Shown here one piece after another: positions 55,801 to 64,000 of a stretch of 64,000 bases of DNA (positions are counted from its first letter, which is position 1; each line of letters begins with the position of its first letter). The notes beneath the pieces are model-generated. The model worked only from the letters and a program-made list of their open reading frames with translations, searched no databases and had not been told where the DNA came from. The stretch covers positions 62,001 to 126,000 of the forward strand of contig JADIIX010000059.1 of assembly GCA_027604505.1 (NCBI GenBank), given 5' to 3'. The DNA comes from Gonapodya sp. JEL0774 (lineage: Eukaryota). A program made the position numbers and the translations under genes.

Positions 55801-56210
55801 TTTATGTCGATGCACATATGCAGGTATCGTTCCCTTGGCCGTGCTTGTACCAGCAAGCCAGCCCACACTGGTCCAATCCCGTATGGCCTCTGGGTCGGTG
55901 TTCCAACCTCTTGCCAGGGGCCAGAGCATCGGAGCAGGAAGCGCCATTGTGACTGGAGATCAAGGTATTTCGTTGTGTTCTGGAGGGCTTTGGACTGCTA
56001 TGATGAACTTACGTCGTACCACCCCCCGCGCTTCCCACCATGCACCCCTCCACCCCCGAAGCTCTCGTCTCGCTTCGCAATTACTTGGACATGGGAATTA
56101 TTAACTCTCAGCAGTATATGACTGGGAGCATGGCCCTGGGTAGCAGCACAGCGATTGGAATGCACGGCGATGTTAAGGGACCAGGGACACCAATCGACTC
56201 CAAAAAATGA
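52806..56210 (+). CDS. LRR receptor-like membrane protein with intracellular SH3 and SHOCT-like tail (paralog 1, about 16 exons)
   Basis: Signal peptide MRGLSIVLLLVAIASVAVRG; Cys N-cap (DC..DCC..SC); about 10 plant-type LRRs (e.g. LTSLTYLHLGNNLIAEPLP, LKNLTYLRIGGNQFTGPLP); Cys C-cap; S/T/G stalk; TM LGPIIGGVVGGVAGLGLLGGLAWYF; SH3 EVYVVAQPF..QEDEM..DNWC..GIVP; tail LVSLRNYLDMGIINSQQY. Confidence 0.85.
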
Positions 56211-57223
56211 TCGGCGCAATCATCTAATTATGATCTGGGTTATTTTTGGACTGGAGAGGGTGAGCACAATGCATTGATCGCTGTTGCATGGAATTATCAG
56301 AAAGTGAAGCAACCGGAGTGTTGCTGGAGTGAGAACAACTAAATTGGATAAGCACAACGCAAAAGTGAACATGTACATGATATCACTACACTGCAACCCG
56401 AACGGATATGCACGTACGATTTTCTACTCTCGCTCGCGGATTCATCATGCAATGAGAACCACTTAGCCAATTTGCTGGTGTAATCCACTTCGCAAATTTC
56501 ACACAACCGTTCAGCATCTGGGTGATGAGTTCTACAAAGCGCTTTTTTGCCGCGATACAGATACCTTCGACAGCTGATCTCTCGGCCAAGTGTGCGGTGC
56601 CACTTCCGGAAGCACCGGGTGCACCAGCCTTCCAATACGTAACGGTCATGGTGACCACGTCTCTCATCGAATTCTTCCCATTACTACATGTAATTGAATT
56701 AGCACATAGAAATGAGATTACACCTAAGCTCCTCTATCATTTGGGTCTTGTATCGGCTTCGAATCATTTATGAATCTTCGTTCATTGTCATATTGTTTCA
56801 TGTTCATCCCACTTCCTACACCGCCTGGCACCTCAGCGAAGAATGTCCAAGCAAGCATTTGCAGGACGCGGTGCAAAACACAGATTGGCGGAATTGACAC
56901 TTTTGCACTTTCGAAGGATCTTTGCTCCCAGACAAACATTCGACTGTATCTGAGAGCACATTAGCAATGTGATTCATAATATTTCTCAATGGTGCACTCC
57001 GTAAATCATACAACTTGCGGTGTGTGTGAGCGGTGGGGTCGTGAAAAGTCACACATCAGGCAGGACAGCTGTGGCGTGGGGAGGCTCAATAAATGAAGGG
57101 CGCCGTTGTTTGTTGCCTCAACACCGGGTGGGAAAAAAAGGAAACCAAGTTATTCCTTTCCAACCTTGGACTTTTATTGGCACAAGGGCCGGTCCACCGT
57201 TCCCACACCCCAAATTCGAAGAG

Positions 57224-60200
57224 ATGCGTACTTCTATCGGGCTTCTGCTTGTTGCGATCGCTGTTGTTGGTGTTCGCGCACAAGCACCGGCGGACTGCGT
57301 TTCCATTTTCGCTGCCTTCCGTGCAGGAAACGTGACTATCACACCGGCAGCGGCGGCAACGGACTGTTGCGAGTTTCTGGCGCCGAATGGGCCAGATAAA
57401 AATGCGGACGGTTATTTGTAAGTGGCGTCGATGAGCTCAACAAGTTAGTTTGTTCTATTCACACTCACATTTTTTTGAATACATATCTGTTCGCTCAGTG
57501 AGAACTTTGTGGAATGCGCGGGAGGCAGAGTCACACGCATTCAGCTCATTGGATACAATATCGACTCTCTTAGGTGTGTAAGCTCAATCCATTTTCGATT
57601 GTCCCCTCCAGGTCGGGTCTCGAATGAGGAAACGGTGATCAATTTTGTAAAAAGATGTGCAACTGTGCCTGCTATATGTCATGTTTTCTGACGACCTGTT
57701 CCCTTACAGTTATTTCAGCAATCTCACCGCGCTTACCCTTCTCACCGTGCACGATAATCTCATTGCCGAACCGCTGCCCTCTTGGCTGCCGAACCTCGTC
57801 AACCTAGAGAAACTCAATCTCAATGACAACTTCATAACAGGAACTACTGGGGTGCTGGGTCAGCTCAGGAAAACGACGTACATGTGAGTTTTCTGGAGCG
57901 ACTGGAATCCGTGGATGACCAGTCGAGATTTCTTTGCCTGTTTCCACAACTTTCCACTCAATTTCAGTGACGTTTCCGGCAATCTTTTGACTGGCAACCC
58001 TTCCTGGCTTGCGACCTCCACACAGCTGTCGACGATGTAAGGACATTGAGTTTGACATACTTCCATAATTATATCGGTAATCATCTTGCTGGGGATTCTC
58101 TATCAAAGCATCCTCGAAAAGAATCAGCTTGTAGGTCTACCCTTCTTTCACCACCAGAACATGGAAGACCATGCATTCTTGGAAACTAACGCGATGCTGT
58201 CTCCTTCAGTCTGGCACATTCCCTGATATATCTGGGCTCACGAACCTCACATCGCTGCGAATCGGTGACAACCAGTTCACAGGAGCCTTGCCCAGTACCA
58301 CAAGTTTCCCAGCGCTTCTTACATAGTGAGTTGAGTTTTAATCGGTGGCCGCTGGAGGAATCACGAGTCCCTTTCAGAATTCCGGTGGGGTAGCTGACCG
58401 GAATCCTCAACTCGCAATCGTTTTCGGGTGAAATTCCTAGCTCCGTGTACTCAAACAAGTTCACAGGTGAGATCTCTGCGATTACCCAATCCGCGCTCTT
58501 GCAATTTTGACCAAACATTGTCTGTGCAGGCGCGATTCCCGCCCTCACGAATAACCCACTTCTCATAACTGTGAGTAATTCTAGGCACCCTTGTGAAGTT
58601 AGCTGCGACACTATCTGCTCTGAACCCTTTGCACCACGCACTGTTTCTGATAGTTCAACGTGAACAACAATTCTCTCACGGGATCGTTGCCCGACCCCTC
58701 GAACTGCCCCAAGCTGACGTACTAGTGAGTTTCTGCGTCTTAATTGTATCTCGCTCATCGTGTTCAAATCGTTATCTAACGGCAATCACGTCTCCTCCCT
58801 GGTCGCAGTGGAGCGCAAAAGAACATAGGCATCACGGGTACTATCCCAGCTGGTGTTTTCAAACTTGCCAACTTGCAGACCCTTGTGCTCTCCGATGACT
58901 CACTGTCCGGTCCCCTGGGTTCCGGGTTGAGTGACATGGTCCAGTTAAGCACTCTGTACTTGGATGGAAACACAAAACTAAACGGAACAATGTGAGTTGG
59001 AATTGATGCTTCGTGCTATCAGGCTGTGCCAGCGATTTCGCTTTGGCTATGTGCCATGCTGAGATGTCGTTCCTGTTCCCAATGTCCACAATCCCCGCAT
59101 ATTAGCCCTGACTTGTCGAAGCTCACAAAATTAACTGCACTGTGAGATCTTGGCGAGTCACATAGATGGGACTGATTGTTTGAGTTTACATTCGATTCTT
59201 GCAGGGATTTGTCCGACACCGGCCTGAGTGGAGGTATCAGTCTCGCATCGTCAGTACATCGTTTTGGTCTCTAACACCTGGTGAAGTGAACGCTGACATG
59301 CACCCTCCTCTTCCGCCCCATCAATCCTCGTCAACAGGACTGCTGGTACTGATTTCTGCTCTCTCGCGAATACCAACCTCTGTCTTGTTGGCGGTAATGT
59401 CAACTCTATTCCGTCGCGGTGTCAGACTGGTGGCGGTAAAAGTCTCGCGGCATGTTCGTCGAGCGCCGGTACCGCAACGTCGAAGAGTTCTGGCACCGGG
59501 ACCGCGTCAGCATCGTCGACGGCAACAGCAGGCGGGCAAAGCTCTAGTGATACCGGCAGCGGTGGGAGTTCCCTGGGGCCGATAATTGGAGGTGTCGTCG
59601 GTGAGTTTTCAGCAAGGATCCGCTGTGTTTGAGCTTCCAGAAAAAACTATCCCAATTTTAGGTGGAATTGCTGCGCTTGGGCTTATTGGTGGACTTGCAT
59701 GGTACTTTGGTCGCCGCCGTGGAACCAAAGAGGCTAATTCACCTCCCTCTACGGCACCTGGAGGACCGCCCAGCCAGCCTTACGCTCCCTTGGATGGTCA
59801 ATCCCAGTTCTATGCTCCCCAGTACGGCCAGCCCGTTCCACAAATGCCTCCAGTCTCGTACGCAAACTCCCCTTACTCTCAAGGTTCTATGTTATCAAAT
59901 GTCCCACAGCATGGCTCGCCGCAAAACAGTGGGTCTCTTTACAATATGGGACAATATGGCTCCCAAGTTCATCTGATGGCTGCTCCTGGCTCGATGGGCA
60001 CCCTGGGATCCTCAATTTCATCCACGAGTACAAAGGTTAACGAGGTTTATGTTGTCGCGCAGCCATTCTTGGCATCGCAAGAGGATGAGATGACGTGTGA
60101 ACAAGGTCAGAAGGTGTTTGTGAGCGATGTGTTCCCCGACAACTGGTGCAAAGCGTTGAATTTGGAGTCGATGCAGTCTGGTGAGACTATTGGCGTTGAC

Positions 60201-60639
60201 CAAACGCAATGAAGGAACCATATGATAACAGCCAAACCATCACAATGCATTCACACGGTGTAGGTGTGGTTCCACTTGCTGTGCTCGTACCAGCTAACCA
60301 GCCCGGTATGGTTCAATCACGAATGCTGTCTGGGTCCATGTACCAACCTCAGGCGCGAGGTCAGAGTATCGGAGCAGGAAGCACTATTGTGTCAGGAGAT
60401 CAAGGTAATCACTGAGTTTACCCATAACTTGATGTGTGTTTGTGCCTCTTAAACCCCCAACCTTCCGCTATTCGCCATCTGAATTTTCAGCCCTTCTGTC
60501 TCTCCGCAACTACTTAGACATGGGAATCATCAATTCTCAGCAGTACATGTCTGGTAGCACAGTCCTTGGTAACAGTGCGGCGATTGGAATGCATGGAGAT
60601 GTGAAGGGTCCCGGGGCACCAAGCGAGTCAAAAGAATGA
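57224..60639 (+). CDS. LRR receptor-like membrane protein with intracellular SH3 and SHOCT-like tail (paralog 2)
   Basis: Same exon order and domain layout as paralog 1: MRTSIGLLLVAIAVVGVRA, LTALTLLTVHDNLIAEPLP, TM GGIAALGLIGGLAWYF, SH3, LLSLRNYLDMGIINSQQY. Confidence 0.85.
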
Positions 60640-60999
60640 TCGGTCCTGTCGTGCGTGGTTATTAGGACGTTGGAAAGGAGAGTGTTTTGAGGTACAGAGC
60701 AACGGACACAAATTTGGACCACATTTTCTATGTTCCAGTAAATATTACAATATCGGAACACCCACTTGTAGTCCTCCATCATACTGGTAGCCCAAGCGTT
60801 ACCTGCTTCTTCGGACATCTTGTGTATAACATTACAAGATTAAGATCACTCAAAGAATCATATATCTGCATATGTACTAGGGTTCGGGTATCAAACCAAC
60901 GAATCCAGCTCCATGACATAAAGAGATTTCATAAATGCTTCATAGAAAAGGACGAATCATCTTCAAACCTCAGGCGAAGTATCCTTTCACGCTACCTTC

Positions 61000-61827
61000 C
61001 TATCCTGTTACAGACTCCAAAGCCTCCCGGGGCACTAATCCGACACGTCCTTTTGTAAGATTTGCCACCTTCACCCAAGGCTCTGAAATGTCACTATCGT
61101 AGCTTAATGCAACGCGGTCACCGATATCCAGTTTCACGTGCCTCCTTCTTCTGGGAGTAAAGGCCAGAATAGCAACGTGTGTTGGGACGTGAGGGAATAT
61201 AGACGGCTCGCCTGCGTTTGCGCGGTTATCATACTCCTCGTCTGATGTCGTGATTGGGTCTGGTGTGACAACTTGCACGACCGGCCGGCGGAACTCGGTG
61301 AGCGATGGGGTTGTGACATAAATGATGGAGCTGCTACGCCCCCGGTCAGACCCCGTAGATATGATGGAACTCCTTGTGGGAGATCGGGGAGTGCTGTCGT
61401 CCTCCGCCGGGCTCACATCCCCAGTGGTGGATTGAAGCGTTAAAGAAGGGGTGTGAGATGAAGTGGGGACCGAGGAGTTTCCAAAGAGAGTGGAACTCCG
61501 GCTATTGGGACGGGAATCGGGGGGTCCGCTTGTCGGTGATGTTGGTGTGGTGGTCGTGGGTCGTTTGAGATGTTTGAGATTGTTGTGCCCATTATCCAGG
61601 GTCGCTGCCGGCTCATCGACATTCTCCGGCGAGAGAACCGCCGTTGTTTGAAGCGCAGTTCTTTCTACATCTCCTTCTGGGGGTCCACTGGAGTCTCTTG
61701 CTCGCTTTCTTCGAAGCAAACAACGGTAAAGTCCAAACAACGCAAGACAAACGAATAGTCCAATCGCCAACGGCAATAAGATGGTGAGTCCAGTTGAATT
61801 GTTTTCTGAACGCGTTGACTCGTCCAT
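61000..61827 (-). CDS. Single-pass membrane protein with a very short ectodomain, S/T/P-rich cytoplasmic region and C-terminal SH3-like domain
   Basis: Single-exon ORF: MDESTRSENNST, TM LTILLPLAIGLFVCLALFGLY, basic stop RCLLRRKR, SH3-like THVAILAFTP..LDIGDRV..EPWVKV..GRVGLVPREAL. Confidence 0.72.
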   Translation of the reverse strand: MDESTRSENNSTGLTILLPLAIGLFVCLALFGLYRCLLRRKRARDSSGPPEGDVERTALQTTAVLSPENVDEPAATLDNGHNNLKHLKRPTTTTPTSPTSGPPDSRPNSRSSTLFGNSSVPTSSHTPSLTLQSTTGDVSPAEDDSTPRSPTRSSIISTGSDRGRSSSIIYVTTPSLTEFRRPVVQVVTPDPITTSDEEYDNRANAGEPSIFPHVPTHVAILAFTPRRRRHVKLDIGDRVALSYDSDISEPWVKVANLTKGRVGLVPREALESVTG

Positions 61828-62065
61828 CTTTGAGAGTGCCAATGCTGCGATCGAGATCAAGTCTGGGTCACGGTTGTTATGGGGGGACAAAACTGCCTCC
61901 TGAAATTGCCGCCAGGTATGAGAAATGTGTCAGGCCCATTGAAACCCATCATTTTTGTGACTTTGTTTATATGTAATTGAATTACAGAATTTCAATAGAT
62001 AAGATTGATGGATCTGGGTCTGAATTACACACATCTCATCATCCCTTCTTTATCCAAGCTGAAGG

Positions 62066-64000
62066 TTAATATTGTCCAACTGGTGCACCAGGTCCTTTCA
62101 CATCCCCGTGTCCCATTGCAAATGAGCTGTTACCGAGGACCCTGCTCCCTGTCATGTACTGCTGAGAGTTGATGATGCCCATGTCCAAGTAGTTCCTGAG
62201 GGAAGCAAGAGCTTGTTCTCCGGTGACAATAGTACTACCAGCTCCAACACTTTGACCTCTTGCATTGGGTTGATACAGTGACCCAGACATCATACGCGAT
62301 TGTACTATTGATGGCTGGTTAGCAGGTGCAAGCACTGTCATGGGAACAATTCCTATCGACGGGGAACCGACAAGGCCAACAAAGTCAAAATTAACGCGCG
62401 AATCGACAGGATTGTTCACAAAAAGAAAACATTTCAGGTCAGCGTACCAGACTGCATGGTCTCCAAATTCAACGCCTTGCACCAATCGTCCGCAAACACA
62501 TCACTAACGAACACTTTTTGTCCTTGCTGACAAGTCATTTCATCCTGCTGCGATGCGAAGAATGGCTGCGCCACCACGTACACCTCGTTAACCTTCGTGC
62601 TCCCGCTTGAAGTTGACGACCCTACGGTGCCCAATGAACCGGGAGGAGCCAAGAGGCGAGCTCCGGAGCCATATTGCCCGGTGCTATAAAGGGAGCCACT
62701 GTTCTGAGAGGAACTTCCTTGCGGTGGAATGCTGGATCCCAATGAACCCTGAGAGTAGGGAGAGTTTGGGTACGAGACCGGTGCCATTTGCGGAACGGGG
62801 TTATTGTACTGTGGAGCATAGTACTGGGTTTGGCCATTTGGAGGAGGGTAAGTTGGGTTGAGTGGTGCTGAAGTCGAGGCACCCGAAGGGGTATCCTTTG
62901 AAGCTCCACGACGGCGACCGAAGTACCACGCGAGGCCTGCGATGATTCCAAGAGCAGCGATTCCACCTGAGCAATATTCGAATGGCAATGGTGAGAAGCC
63001 AAAACATTGATGCGGGACTGCACAAATAAGCAGATGCGGGAACACCAAACTTACCAACGACACCGCCAACAATGGCACCAGTCGAACTTCCACCCCCAGA
63101 ATTCGGAGTTCCACCCGCAGGACCCTCGGAGCCAGACGCAGCTGCTGTCGCTGTTGCCGATGATGACGATGTCTTGGCGCTTGTCACTGAAGTGCTTTCA
63201 ACTTTTGCAGTGGAAGTTCCGGAACTTGCAGTCGTTGCGGCGCACGCAGGAAGGCTAAGCCCGCCTCCCGTTCGACAAGATGATGGAATAGTGCTAATAC
63301 TGCCACCAACAAGGCAAAGGTTGGTGTTGGCAAGAGAGCAGAAATCGCCACCAACGTTTCTGGACATGGGCAATACACATCGAAGATTCAACTCATGTCA
63401 GTTCTCGGATCCGATAGAAGTCTGCGCCCGCCCTAGTACTCACGACGCAAGTAGAATTCCACCACTGAGGCTCGTGTTGGACAGGTCCCTGAACAAAAAG
63501 GAGAAAGGTTGATGAGGCGGCGATCATGCGACAACCTCGCATCAAAGGATTTCTCACAGTGAGGTCAGCTTTGTCAGCTTAGACAAGTCCGGACTGAAGA
63601 AAGGACGGTTTTAGGGTGTAAAGGGAACAAAACGAGTGTTCAGCGCAGACCCCAACTGCAGGCATGGTCCCTGATGATTCATGACCAAAAACCCACATTG
63701 GTCCGTTAAGCCCAGTGTTTCCATCCAACCATAAAGTTACCAGTTGTGTCATATCACCCAGACCTGATGGGAGAGGTCCCGACAGCGAGTCGCGGGACAG
63801 GGCAATAGTCTTCAAGTTCGAGAGAGTAAAGAGACCAGGCGGGATCGAGCCAGTAACGCCCGAGTTGCGTTGAGCTCCACTACAAAATGCAAGATGTGGT
63901 GTGAGTGGATTAGGCGTTCAGCAGATTCAGAGGCACATGTCCAGGTAGTTCCATAGACCAAAAAATGGGGCCAAAACCCACTAGTACGTCAATTTAGGGC
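62066..64000 (-). CDS. LRR receptor-like membrane protein with SH3 and SHOCT-like tail (paralog 3; 5' part lies beyond the window)
   Basis: LKTIALSRDSLSGPLPSGLGDMTQLVTLWLDGN, FCSLANTNLCLVGG, TM GAIVGGVVGGIAALGIIAGLAWYF, SH3 EVYVVAQPF..DDWC..GIVP, LASLRNYLDMGIINSQQY. Confidence 0.85.

Noticed and set aside
56339..56667. Cys/His-rich short ORF (CTRC..CRTH..CEIC) suggesting a zinc cluster or transposase remnant
   Set aside because: Short, no clear start, no terminal repeats or catalytic motifs; too weak to call

Overview
Gene-dense, intron-rich eukaryotic DNA with spliceosomal GT-AG introns and ctaac/ctgac-type branch points. Gene content is fungal. The mix of a PRL phosphatase, TKL kinases and plant-type LRR membrane proteins suggests an early-diverging, chytrid-like fungus (inference). 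I manually spliced about 22 genes: a DDX21/RH-type DEAD-box helicase, MTHFR, a low-complexity protein, two tandem non-RD TKL kinases, a PRL/PTP4A phosphatase, a secreted glycoside-hydrolase-like protein, TAF4, a Kha1 K+/H+ antiporter, an ankyrin-like protein with two peptide-repeat arrays (spanning a ~99-N gap), JMJD7, aspartate kinase, an inositol polyphosphate kinase, an M19 dipeptidase, a bacterial-type 8-oxoguanine-deaminase-like amidohydrolase, a UPF0658 membrane protein, a HemK/Mtq1 methyltransferase and an SDR. The most striking element is at 52.8-64 kb. It is a cluster of three paralogous receptor-like genes (signal peptide, plant-type LRRs, Cys cap, S/T/G stalk, GxxxG TM, Tyr/Pro-rich linker, SH3, SHOCT-like tail) plus an ectodomain-less TM-SH3 gene, and is a candidate fungal cell-surface sensing or immune receptor system. 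A strong G/C-skew oscillation locked to splice sites is also visible in the first 9 kb. No rRNA, tRNA, CRISPR array or intact transposon was recognised. Exon boundaries were read by eye and are approximate.
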